NCBI RefSeq assembly: GCF_018350175.1
Contig: NC_058383.1
Span: forward strand, 14,944,001 to 15,008,000
Length of the DNA: 64,000 nt
Source: Felis catus
Lineage: Eukaryota
Reading direction: 5' to 3'
The notes below the pieces were generated by a model. It was not told the origin of the DNA, did not search any database, and saw nothing but the letters and a program-made list of their open reading frames with translations. The position numbers and the translations under genes were made by a program. Shown here one piece after another: positions 37,190 through 49,129 of this stretch; position 1 is the stretch's first letter, and every line of letters begins with the position of its first letter.

Positions 37190-37775
37190 GAGCCACCTGG
37201 GTGGCTCAGTCAGTTGAGCATCCGACTTCGGCTCAGGTCATGATCACACCGTCCGTGACTTGGAGCCCCGCCTCGGGCTCTGTGCTGACAGCTCGGAGCC
37301 CAGAGCCTGCTTCGGATTCTGTGTCTCCCTCTCTCTCTGCCCCTGCCCACTTGCACTCTCACCCTGTCTCTCAAAAATGAATCAATGTTAAAAAAAATTT
37401 ACTTTTATTTTCATTTATTTATTTTAAAGAAAGGCAGACTGCCATGTGCAGCGCCTCATTTGGATGTGTCTGGAGCCTTGGAAGCCTGACTACCCTACGT
37501 TCTCCTACAAATGGGCCTTGAGAGCTTGTTTGGAGGTTCTAGCAGGGGAGCGCAGCTACTCGTATACCCTTGACCGAAGAACGGTCCTCCTCTATCGGGG
37601 AAGGTCGTCCTCTTCGGCCGAGCGTGCAGCTTTGGGAGGGACGCACATGGAGAGGTGAGGGAGGAAGGGGACACCCGCCTAGCCAGCCAGATCAGCCAAA
37701 TCAACCCTGGCAATCAATGGGGTGACAGATGTCGCGGCCAGATCGCCCTCACATCCTAAAAAAAAAATTTTTTTT
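37190..37775 (+). mobile_element. Feline SINE whose A-tail is split by the 7SK retrocopy
   Basis: Body 37190-37400, tail remnant 37757-37775; TSD aacttgct(c/t)t(g/a)aag at 37177-37190 and 37776-37789. Confidence 0.92.
37426..37756 (-). pseudogene. RN7SK: Full-length 7SK snRNA retrocopy (processed pseudogene)
   Basis: Reverse complement reads GGATGTGAGGGCGATCTGGC...GGCAGTCTGCCTTTCTTT, colinear with mammalian 7SK as recalled over 331 nt with about 14 substitutions. It is followed by a degenerate A-tail (37401-37425) and flanked by T-A(8-10)-TTT duplications. No recognisable PSE upstream. Confidence 0.96.
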
Positions 37776-38384
37776 AACTTGCTTTAAAGAAACACAGTAA
37801 ATTAAAAACACAGAACAGACAAATTAGGGTGTGACCATGCTTTATGGAACTTCTTTAAATACTGAGCTCCCTTGGCGCATTTTAAAAATAATTTGCTTCA
37901 CAGAAATCCATTTTGGAGGCAACTCCTAAAGAAATATTTCCAGGGTATACAAATTATTTAACACCAGCACAGACAGGCTTGCAAATGAAAGCCGTCACGG
38001 GCCCACCAGAAGGAGCCCCACACGCTGTGCTGTGGAGCAGAGAAGGAGGCTAAGGCAGCCCTCGTTACCTAGACTATAAAAGTGCTCGGGGCCCCCTCGG
38101 GGGACCTGGCACATTTCTAAACGTGTGGGAAAGCTCTCAAGTTCTCCGGAACCCCGGACTTCACCAGGACATCCCTCATCTTGGTGTCTAAGGTTGTTAC
38201 TAAACCTGCCAATCAGGGCTCTGCCTCGTCTCCCCAACTTAGCACACAATCCTGGAAGGTCAAGTTGTGACCAACTGTCCCTTTGAGCCTTGCTGACTCC
38301 CTACCCCCATAGTCACACACTTGACTATGTGTGTGAGTAACCAGCACCAAGGTAGGGCCGTGTCCTGATTAGGACCAAGCCCTG

Positions 38385-38560
38385 GAGTACTAAAGACCTG
38401 CTTTTGTATCCTGGCCCCACCTCCTACTAGCTGCAACATCTCACAAAAATCACCTAACCTTTGCAAAGAGATTGTCAGTTGTACCAACTTCGAAGGTTTG
38501 TTATACACACAACACCTATCACATCCTGGAAGGGCTCATTAAGTTTCAGTATTGTTATTA
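38385..38560 (+). mobile_element. MIR
   Basis: aagacctgcttttgtatcctggc..tactagctg..tcacctaacct. Confidence 0.55.
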
Positions 38561-41123
38561 AGTCTTTAATGAAGTCTTTAACGAATATTTGATTGGCCTA
38601 TAGGGCCGAAAGGGAATTCACAAGATGCCCATAGTCGAAACTACTCAAATAGTGTTCAGATTTACCCATCTGGCTCATCTGCCAACCAAATCGACTAGAG
38701 AAAGAAACCAACAAAATGGGGTGGTCTCTCCCCAAGGAAGTTCTACAGGGACACAGAATACAGAGGTTCAAATATTTTTTAATAAACCAGGAAAGCAGTA
38801 AGAAAAACCTGCCCATCAAAACGGTAGCAAAGAGGCAACGAGGAGGCCAACCTTGTCATTCATCTGCTTTCACTGGGAGTTCAGGGCTGCAGACCGTTCT
38901 TTTGCATAATGGTGGGTAATGCCAGCCCCTCCCCAACATCAGAGTATCCCTACCGGCAGAACCAAATACTCTGAGCTAACTGTGCTATGGAGGGGAGGGG
39001 GGAAAGAGAAGCAGAGGGAATGGGGGTGTCACTGGTTTCAACTTAAATGATAGAATGCAGGTACTAGTATCTATCACACAGAAGGGCTCGATAAACGTTA
39101 GGTATCAGTGCAACGTTCGAGGTCTATATTGAAGGAGCAAGTTTATGTCCCAGGACACCTTCCAGAACCTGGTTCTACGCCATTCAGTTGATGTGCAGAG
39201 AAGATGAAGTTTGACGAGCTAGGGATCCTTACTATGCCGATAAGAGGAAATAGAATGGACTTGAGGCATCATGCCAACATCTGGCAAGTGTCTGTCGGCC
39301 AGGAGCTGCTGTCAGTGGTCCTTATCCTGGGTAAGGAAGACAAGGGGAAGAACACAGGACCAAAGAGGCAGCCTGCACCTGCCACTGAGAGCAGCAGACC
39401 AGGAGGGGTAGAGGCAGGAACTGGGATCACTGGGAGACCAGCAGGCCGACTGTGGAGATGGGACACCCAGCTGGACAAGGGCCCAGCATCACGACAGGAA
39501 GAAGGGCTGAAGAGGGTGGCTTGGCTTCACTCAAGAGCCATAAGGCCCTTAGCTGGAGCCCCCATCTCCTAGAAGTTTCCCCAAATGCCTAACACAAAAG
39601 CAAAAAAGAGAAGGACCCTTCCCTAGACCCTCCACAGCTAGAGTTCCTTTGGCCGCTCATGTGGAAATCTAGAAGAAAAGCGAGACTGCAGACACCAGGG
39701 AGATGACACCGAGCAATAAGGAGTGCCCAAGAAATGCTAACATGAGAAATGGAAGAGCCTGCAATGTCATGGCCCTCTCTGCCTGGCATTGTTGGCAACA
39801 AATACATAAAAGAGAAGATTTTTACCGGGGTAATACATGTGCATAATCTAGCATGGTGAAGCGCTCTGAGAGCAGAGGCAGCTTCCAGAAGCTTGTGAGG
39901 GAAACGGAAGCCCTATGAAGGACAGGGGGCGCTCCCCAAAGCTCCAGGTGAGGACTGGCTGTTTGGGGTCTGTGGGTGTCAGCCTTGGGAAACATTAAAA
40001 TCGTTGCTCAGGAGTAGTTATGTTGGTTATGAAGGCACATCGAAAATGAGCTTCGATATTTCAGCTTTTTTTCTTTGCCTTTTTAATTTTAACTAGAGCA
40101 TGCTCTATGCAGGGAAACACATTTCATTTCTACAAGAACAAGTAACAAGAAGCCTAAGCTGCCAGCACCTGTTCCATAGGAATTCATGGTATAAGAAGTG
40201 TCATAAAAAAACAAACAAACAGACTTTAACGACACAGGACCCATCACAGACACCCTCGTACCAAACTAGACAAGGCCATGGAGGAAAACCAAGAGGTCTC
40301 AGACCCCTGACCCACACTGACAATTAACAATCCTGTGCAAGTTTACGCCCATCTCCTGTATTTCAAGTAACATGGCGCCACGCCATTTTTTCTAAACACA
40401 TCTCCTGGTGCTTCCTGTTCGAATATTCTATGGTGCTCTGCTGCCCCAGCTCCTGAGCACACCTCAAGTGCTGGAATGATATTCTTTTGCTTCTGTTGTT
40501 TCCTGCATGTAGTAACCCTGCACAGTAGGAAAATCAACACATAATAAAATTTTAAAGTACTACTACATTTTCTATGAAGACAGAAAAATCTTTCTAAACT
40601 CTTCAAAGATCACTTTTCTAAGGTGTTAATTTTCTAAATCCCCAAGCTAAGTGGGCTTGTAGGTCAGTTGACTCAGTTGGCCAACATGGTTCTACAGAGA
40701 AGCCAAAACCGTGGTTTGTCAAATGATTCAGCATGCCCAGCCCTCACCAGCTAACACTAAATGTGCCTCAACATCAGCAGGGTTTGGAGCAGAGAGCACG
40801 GACTGTTTACAACAAAACACCCCCTTTGTAAAAACCAACAGAACCACCCTCAAAACGCCTCTCCTACCAAAAGTAGGCTAGCCTTAGAAATTGGAGATCA
40901 GGAGAGGTAGGGAAAATGCAAATTCAGGACAAAGGAGACAGGACTTGGTGTCTATTCTGAATCTAAGCTCTGCCTGAGTGTCACTGTAGCACTGAAATCA
41001 AGTTTTAAGCTTAAATAGGAGTGACACTCTCTTCCAACAAGCTCATTTTGTTGCATGAATAGCTAGACAATGTTGGAGAGGACTCTCCCCTAAAGTTCTA
41101 ACTATAATGACACGACACTGATC

Positions 41124-41338
41124 TTTTTTTAAATTTTTTTAATGCTTATTTATTATTGAGAGAGACAGAGCATGAGCAAGGGGAGGGGCAGAGAGAGGGG
41201 GAGACACAGAATCTGAAGCAGGCTCCAGGCTCCGAGCTGTCAGCACAGAGCCCGATGCGGGGCTCGAACCCACAAACCATGAGATCATGACCTGAGCCGA
41301 AGTCGGTCACTCAACCGACTGAGCCACCCAGGTGCCCC
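41124..41338 (-). mobile_element. Feline SINE
   Basis: TSD cgacactgat. Confidence 0.96.
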
Positions 41339-42386
41339 TCGACACTGATATTTTCAACAGGCTCTCCAGTGAGCATGGGGGCCACTTAAGGAAGCCACAG
41401 GACCTACTACTGCTGTCATTGCTCCAGACACTTGGGAGAACCTTCTTCTGAATGTCCTTCGAAGCCAGTGACAAGGAATAAATATCAACCTGGTCACTGC
41501 ATAATGACACAAGTGGTCTGGCCAACTTGGTCAGTCACTGGCCCACCCAATTTGACCCTAAAACAGCCAGTAGCTGATGCTAAAACTATTCCTGCCCTCC
41601 AAAGACAGAGATTTGTCACCATGGAGTATATTCCTGAGGATGTCTCAAGGGGCTCAAGACCGCTCCCCCAAAAAAGAGTCCTTCCTGGAGCGAAGGCGGC
41701 TTTCTTAGAGAAAAGATGATTAATTTGCAGGTCCTTCAATCCCACTGGGCTGAACTAGATTTCAGAGTGACCTGTGTACCCGATCCTTTAAATCCCAGCT
41801 CAGTCAAGGGACCTTTCCAGGAAACAGTGCTCCCACCAGCCTCCTCAGAAAGAATTAATCCCCCTCCTCTGACCTTGTACCTCATACTTCTGCCGCAGGG
41901 ACCGTCCCTCATAATCCATTGCCACAATCATCATCACTGTCTACAGGGGCCCCTCTCCATGCACTGAAATGGGGTTAAACTATCTTTTCACCCCTTCAAC
42001 TCAGACCCAGTATGAACTACGCTCTCTGGCACCTAGGAGGTTCTCAGCTAACATTCGCTGAATTGGAATATTTTAGTTCCAGTAGGGGAATCACATTACT
42101 TTATCATCTGCCTTGTACTCTGTACAGCACCCACCCATTCAGCAGGCACGTACCTGGGACCAGACCGTGCCTGGCATGAGCCGACATGAAAGTGCTAGCA
42201 ATGTTTTCTGGACCCGTCCACTGCAGGTTTTGGGTGTTTTTGTTTTGTTCCCTCTGTAACCATTTGTTAAAAGTCAACAAAGGCAAGAGCGCCACCCTTT
42301 CCCCCGACCCCTGCTCATGCAGAAACAAAGAAGGTTCAAATACATCCAACAAAACACACTCTCATGTCTAAAATGACTAAGAGTCT

Positions 42387-42632
42387 GGGCTGCCTGGGTG
42401 GCTCATTCAGTTAAGCACCAGACTCTTGATTTCAGCTCAGGTCAGGATCTCACGGTTCGCGAGTTCAAGCCCCGCACGGGGCTCTGCACTGATGGTGTGG
42501 AGTCTGCTTGAGATTGTCTCCTTCTCCTTCTCTCTCTCTTTCTGCCCCTCCCCCACTCACACTGTCTCTCTCTTTCTCTCTCTCTCTCAAAATAAATAAG
42601 CTTAAGAAAATAAATAAAAAATAAAATAAAAT
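42387..42632 (+). mobile_element. Can-SINE
   Basis: Outer TSD aaaatgact(a/g)aga. Confidence 0.94.
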
Positions 42633-42872
42633 GGGGGCGCCTGGGTGGCTCAGTCAGTTGAGCGTCCGACTTCAGCTCGGGTCATGATCTCGCGGTCCGT
42701 GAGTTCGAGCCCCCCATCGGGCTCTGTGCTGACGGCTCAGAGCCTGGAGCCTGTTTCAGATTCTGTGTCTCCCTCTCTCTCTGCCCCTCCCCCCTTCATG
42801 CTCTGTCTCTCTCTGTCTCAAAAATAAATAAACGTTAAAAAAATTTTTTTTTAATTAAAAAATAAAATAAAA
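42633..42872 (+). mobile_element. Feline SINE inserted in the tail of the previous SINE
   Basis: TSD aaataaaataaaatg. Confidence 0.95.
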
Positions 42873-43003
42873 TGACTGAGACGATAATGCAGCCATACCT
42901 CTGTCTACAAAGGCAGCGCATGAGATCTGAAAAGCATAGGCCACTATGATAATGGGTTATGCAGTTAAAAACTTTTTTTCTTTTTTCTTTCCTTTAGAAA
43001 AAA

Positions 43004-43214
43004 ATTTTTTTAATCTTTTAATGTTTATTTATTTTTGAAAGAGAGTGAGAGAGTGGAGGAGGGGCGGAGAGAGAGGGAGGCACAGAATCGGAAGCTGGCT
43101 CCAGGCTCGGAGCTGTCGGCATAGAGCCTGACGCGGGGCTCAAACTCACGAACTGCGAGCACGTGACTGGAGCCGAAGTCGGACGCCCAACCGACTGCGC
43201 CACCCAGGCGCCCC
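43004..43214 (-). mobile_element. Feline SINE inserted in the tail of the next SINE
   Basis: Head at 43214. Confidence 0.94.
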
Positions 43215-43220
43215 TAAAAA

Positions 43221-43429
43221 TTTTTTTTAATGTTTCTTTATTTTTGACAGAGAGAGGCAGAGCGTGACTGGGGGAGAGGCAGAGAGAGAGGGAGACACGG
43301 AATCCGAAGCAGGCTCCAGGCTCTGAGCTGTCGACACAGAGCCTGACGCGGGGCTCGAACTCACGAGTTGTGAGATCATGACCTGAGCTGAAGTCGGACG
43401 CCCAACCAATTGAGCCGCCCAGGCACCCC
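43221..43429 (-). mobile_element. Feline SINE
   Basis: Head at 43429; outer TSD ttttctttccttt. Confidence 0.95.
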
Positions 43430-43449
43430 TTTTCTTTCCTTTTTTTAAA

Positions 43450-44457
43450 CCATTTTTTTAAATTTTAATTCCAGCATAGTTAACGTACAGTGTTCTATTT
43501 AACAAGTTACAGGTGTACGATACAGGGATTCAACAATTCTGTACATTACTCCGTGCCCATCATGGTAAGTATACTCTTAATCCCCTTTACCTATTTCACC
43601 CATCCCCCCACCCACCTCCCCTCTGGTAAACGTTAGTTTGGTCTCTATAGTTAAGTCCATTTTTTTGCTTTTTTTTTTGTTGTTCAACTGTTTTGCTTCT
43701 TAAATTCCACATAGGAATCAAGTCATATGGTGTTTATCTTTCTGTGACCAACTTACTTCACTTAGCATTATACTCTCTAGACCCATCCATGTTGGTGCAA
43801 ATGGCGAAAGTTCATTCTTTTTATGGCTGAATAATATTCCATTGTATATATATCTACATCTTCTTTAGCCATTCATCTATCAATGGATAGTTGGGCTGCT
43901 TCCATAATTTGACTATTGTAAATAATGCTGCAATAAACATAGGGGTGCATATAACTTTTTGAACTAGTGTTTTCAAACTCTTGGGGTAAATACCCAGTAG
44001 TGGAATTACTGGATCATATGGGATTTCCAGTTTTCATTTCATTTTTAATTTTTTTTTATATTTTTGAGAGAGAGAGAGAGAGAGAGAGACAGAATGCAAG
44101 CAGGGGAGGGGCAGAGAGAGGGGGAGACCCAGAATCCGATTCAGGCTCCAGGATCTGAGCTGTCAGCACAGAGCCTGAGGGCTTGAACCCACAGACCGTG
44201 AGATCATGACCTGAGCCAAAGTCAGACGCTCAACCAACTGAGCCACCCAGGCGCCCCTCCAGTCTTCATTTTTTGAGGACCTCCATACTGTTTTCCACAG
44301 TGGCTGCCCCAGTTTGCATTCCCACCAACAGTGAACGAGGGTTCCTTTTTCTCCACATCCTCACCAATACTTGTTGTTTCTTGGGCTTTTTATCTTAGCC
44401 ATTCTGACAGACGCGAGGTGATATCTCATTGTGGCTTAATTTGCATTTCCCTGATGC
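43450..44457 (-). mobile_element. 5'-truncated carnivore L1, interrupted by a SINE
   Basis: Antisense 3' UTR and ORF2 end (tttgcattcccaccaacagtg, gaggtgatatctcattgtgg). Confidence 0.92.
44042..44257 (-). mobile_element. Feline SINE inside L1
   Basis: TSD tccagt(t/c)ttcattt. Confidence 0.94.
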
Positions 44458-45000
44458 CATTTTAATCATGGTTAAGTGTGTAGTTCAGTGACATTAAATC
44501 CGTTCACACTGCTATGCAGCCATCACTGCCATCTACCTCGAGGACTTTTTTATGATCGCAAACTGCAATTCTTTACGCATTAAACAAAAACACCCCGTCC
44601 CCCCTCCCCTCAACTTCCGGCAACCATTCTGTCTTCTGTCTCTGTAAATCTGACGACTCTAAATGCCTCCTCATATAATAAGTACAGTCATACTGTATTT
44701 GTGCTTTTGTGACTGGCTTACTTCATTGAGCATAATGGCTTCAGAGTTTACCCGTGTTGTAACAGGTGTTAGAATTTCCTTCCTTTTCAAGGCTAAACAA
44801 TATTCCATTGCGTGTCTATGCCGCATTTTGTTTATCCATTCGCCTTTCGATGGACATTTGGGTCATTTCCACCTTTTGGTTATTGTGAAAAATGGTGCCA
44901 TGAACATGGCTGTACCAACATCTGTTTGAGATTTTTGGGGGCATATACTCAGAAGAGCAGGCTGCATCATACGGTAATTCTATGTGTGAGTTTCAAATCT
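44458..45000 (-). mobile_element. L1MB-like 3' fragment
   Basis: ttttgtgactggcttacttcattgagcataatg, gatggacatttggg. Confidence 0.82.
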
Positions 45001-46084
45001 TAAATGTATGTTTAACCTTTGGGAATGAGAGGGATACATTCACAATGTTTTATACGCTATTGAGAAAATAAAATCCACCGTAGTGGAAATGTCAGGTTTC
45101 ATCTATTGGTAAACAATTCAAAGAAATAAATGATCACACATTCAGAGACTTCCAGAAATACTGGAGAAACACATTTGAAATTTAAAAATCAACTGGCTCA
45201 TGATTATTATCAGAAAAAATGATATCAAGGTTAGCCAAGACATTTGAAATCCATAGATATTCCCCAAACCCAATTTTACTCAACTGTCTCAACCTTACCA
45301 GTAAAATCAGATAAAGGGAAGGAAGTAAACTTGATTTTCTCCCTGTTCCCAACTGACTAATGTCCATTTGTTTTTGAAATCGCTGTACCTTTGACCCTTA
45401 GCACTGACTTAGGAGACCTCAGCTGTGCCCAGAAGGTACAGGAAAGATCAGAACGCGGAGACTCAGAGGGCCAGCCAAAGTCACAGGACGGGAGAAGGAG
45501 AACATGACCCACCCCCCGCCCCAACTCACTGTCAGCACTCTGTGGTTCTCCTGGCTGGGATGAGTGACCTTGGACAAGGCCCCTGCTCCCTCTGAGCTCC
45601 TGGGACGGCCAGAAGATCTAATAAGATCTGTATACAGACAACACCGGGGGGCACAGAGCTGTGGTTCCTGACGAGTACAAGGAAAAGAGAGAATTTTGTA
45701 CCAGACTAAGGCCCAGAGATGATTTCTATTTAGTAAGTTTGAGTGGCAATAGTTCTAGAATATATAACATACTTCTGTTGCTTCTCTCTAGCCTTCATCT
45801 GCTAGCCAGAGGTCACCATGAGCGCCCACTGTTCTAGCCCCCCCGCATGGTACGAGGATCTTCTGGGGAAGATCCGGACGTGATGGGAACCAGAAGAGAA
45901 CCCAGAGTGACTTTGCTGAAGCAATCCTGTCTGCTGGGTCATGGAGCCTTGAATTTTTCATCGGTGCATTCCCGGTGCCCAGCAGGTAGTAGATACTCAA
46001 TACAAGAACAGGGTAAATATCCCTCAAGGCGGATTATTCCGGAATTCTGGGAACTTCAATTCCTTCAAGTCACAGCAATCCCAG

Positions 46085-46480
46085 GAGTCCACAAACATTT
46101 ACTAAGTGCCTACAATGTGCAAGGCTCTGTCCAAACACTACGAGAGATTCAAAAATAAATCTGTTCCTGCCCTTCAGGATATACTTCAGTGAAGGAACTC
46201 AGACCTACCGAAGTGGGGAGGGGTGCCTGGGTGGCTCCGTCGGTTAAGCGGCCGACTCTCCACCGCGTGTTACTGTGATATAAATGAGGAATGAGCCAGG
46301 TCGGAGCACAAAGAATGAGTTCCGTCCGGCTGGGGGTGGGTTTTAGAGGCTCCAGAGAAGCGGTGGCAGCTGGGGGACAGCAGGAATAGAACGCCAGCAG
46401 ACAAGAAATGGGCAGAAAGGGCTGCCCAGGCAGAGAAGACATATGTATGAGCAGCCTGGAGCAGGAAAGGGGGGGTTTTC
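46085..46480 (-). mobile_element. L2 3' fragment
   Basis: acaaacatttactaagtgcctacaatgtgcaaggctctgt, ttcctgcccttcagga. Confidence 0.7.
46220..46260 (+). mobile_element. About 40-nt SINE/tRNA head without tail
   Basis: ggggtgcctgggtggctccgtcggttaagcggccgactct. Confidence 0.75.
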
Positions 46481-46659
46481 TACACTACTGATTCACAGAG
46501 AGAATGATCGCTGCTTTTCTCAGCTCCATATGCAGCCATGACTTCCGCACACACCCCAGAGGCGTCTGGGTGGGCTGTTTCCTCCACCCCTTGGGGGTGG
46601 GGGGCTCATTCCCTGCGTCAGGCACCCCCTCCAATCGCGGAAAGAACCACCACCGTGGC

Positions 46660-46870
46660 CGCGGATTCCGGGGCACCAGCTACGGGCGTGCCACGCTTCA
46701 CCCACGCCCCACGCGGTGTCCTGGACGTGACCCATTGTGAAGTTCAGGAAACCAAGATCAGAGAGCTGAAGCGACCGGCCAGACGTCACACAGTCAGCCA
46801 GCGGCAAAGCTGGGATTCTCACGGGCGACTCAAATGCGTGGTTCAAAGCCGGGGCCTCCGCCCTGCCGGA
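46660..46870 (-). mobile_element. GC/CpG-rich MIR remnant
   Basis: cccattgtgaagttcaggaaaccaagatcagagagctgaagcgaccggccagacgtcacacag..gctgggattc. Confidence 0.6.
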
Positions 46871-47869
46871 GCCTCACAAAACGCAAAAGGCTCAGTTCTT
46901 CTCTGACGGGGAGCGCACGCTGTACTCGCTCCTTGACATTTTTTTCTTTTTCTGTTCCACCGGCAACAAAGTGCAGAGGAATGTAGCTGCCCACAGAGTC
47001 TCCCAGCCCTTGTAGGAAAGCGTATATCATTATGCCTCCTCCACAGTTTTTAATTGAGAAAATGTCACTATGAAACACCACTCCGACGGGAGACGTTTCT
47101 AGGCTCCCCTTCTGTCTCTCCTCCCCACAGGGCCACACTCCCCCTTCCCCGATGCCAGCTTCCCTGTGATCCCCCGAAAGTAACGCCAGAGGTGAGGTTT
47201 TCCGGGGCCTCTGGACGGCGAAAGCCCTGCCTCAAGACGCCACCCTCCCTCTCTCAGACATACCTGAAGCTCCTATCGGTGACAGAGGACAAAAGCTCTC
47301 ATTTCAAACCTAGGCACCGCCTGAGAGGGGTGACTGACCCCATAGAGAGGGGGCAGGCCCCCGGGGAGCCTCTCTGGACGGACTCCGAGTGCAAAGGCCC
47401 GGGCCCTGGGGTGAGGGGCGGCCTGTGGGGGGGGTCGGGTCATGTCCCTTAGCGAGGTGCTGCACCCACCCAACAGAACGAGGAGCTGGCCTCCGTTTCT
47501 CCCCTTGTCACTCCCCAAGCTAACATTCAGTGAAGTCAGCAAGCCCAAGGCCACAGAATTCATGAATTCACACAAGGTGCACGTAACCATTATCCCATTT
47601 TTCCGAGCACGTTTTGATCAGAGAGGAATCCAAAAAAAAAAAAAAAAAAAAAAAAAAGATTAAATGCTTGAAAATGGCCAGAAGAAAAAAGACACGAAAT
47701 AAGGAGGTGACCCTTGGGCCACCATAATGTTCTACGCAGGACCGTCCGATTCGTCCTCCCCACTCTCAGGCCAACTGTCCTCATTACTCATATAAATTCT
47801 GTATAATCATAGGCAGCCCAGTGCATGCCCAGGGGCCATCCCCCTCCACGCCCCCACCCCGGCACATGG

Positions 47870-48145
47870 TCACATCACTTTCTGACTGTGACCCTCCTGC
47901 CTCCTTCTAATTAGGACCCTTATGATAACATCATTCCCACCAGGAAAATCCAAGCTAATCTCCTCATCTCAAAATACTTAAGATAATCACATCTGTATTG
48001 TAAATTTTCTCACGTAAGGTAACATATTCACAGGTTCCAGGAGCAAGGACCTGGACGTATTTGGGGGGGCGGGGGGGGGACCACGTATTTGTGGCCTACC
48101 ACCGCATCTGTAATTTGGGGGCAACATTACTCAGCCTACCACCGC
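47870..48145 (-). mobile_element. MLT1 LTR fragment
   Basis: taatcacatctg, aaggtaacatattcacaggttccagga. Confidence 0.7.
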
Positions 48146-48302
48146 ATCCATTACATTTCAATCTCAAGTTTTGTTTTTCAAAAATATAATCTCAATCCCA
48201 GTTTGAAAACCAAGATACTCTATAATGGATTATATTTCTGTTGCTGCGGGAAGCATTTTCAGGAGGATGTTTTAAGTTTTAGGGTGTTAAATAGAAGACA
48301 AA

Positions 48303-48420
48303 GGGGCCCTGGCTGGCTTAGTTGGTGAAGCACATGACTCTCGATCTTGGGGCTGTGAGTTCGAGCTCCACATTGGGTATAGAGATTACTTAAAAACATA
48401 AGATCTTTCAAAAAAGAAAA
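48303..48420 (+). mobile_element. Short-type carnivore tRNA-SINE (no CT tract)
   Basis: tRNA-Lys-like head followed by gtatagagattacttaaaaa. Confidence 0.85.
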
Positions 48421-48478
48421 TAAAAGGGAAGAGAAAGGTAAAAATAAAACATTTTTAATCAAGAAGATGAAGGGAAGA

Positions 48479-48618
48479 GGGCACCTAGGTGGCTCAGTTG
48501 GTTATGGGTCAGACTCTTGATCTCAGCTCAGGTCTTGATCTCAGCGTCATGAGTTCAAGCCCCCCCTTGGCTCCATGCTGGGCATCGAGCCTACTTAAAA
48601 AAGAAAAAAAAAAAAAAG
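48479..48618 (+). mobile_element. Short-type carnivore SINE
   Basis: Head followed by gagcctacttaaaa and A-tail. Confidence 0.85.
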
Positions 48619-49129
48619 ACAATAAAGGGTAAGCTGAGCGAAATAATGAAAAATCACATCAGCAGTGGTAGATCACAGATTCCTTCCTTAAAGAAATACT
48701 GCAAAACCACATGGCTTCTGCTAACAAGCAGCTAGAGATCCTACACTTCCAACTGATCTGGTTACATATGGACATCCAGATTCATCATTCTGCCCCATGC
48801 CTCTTCTTGAGTGGGGACAGGCTCAGGCCACCACTGCCTGGCTCCAGGTTCACTGCTGCTGAAACTCCAACGGTCTCGCCAGCCCCGTGACGCCCGCTGT
48901 GAGCCACAGAGGCGCCACCTTTCTGAGCAAAGCACCAGACGCTTGCCCTCGCCCGTCCCCTGCAACCATCATCCTAACACTGCAGACGAGCCACCCAAGC
49001 TCTTCCACGTCCTTTGTCAAGGTCAGGAAGTCAAGAGCCTGGCCTGAGGTCACATGCTTCATTACTAGAAGGGGCAGAACCGGCCCAGAGCGAACGCTTT
49101 CCACCCTGTAGCCACTGACTCCATCGACA

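Noticed and set aside
40463..40517. Minus-strand acceptor ttttcctactgtgcag with a 55-nt exon candidate
   Set aside because: Weak donor (GAG|gtgtgc) and unrecognised peptide; cannot be supported without RNA data.
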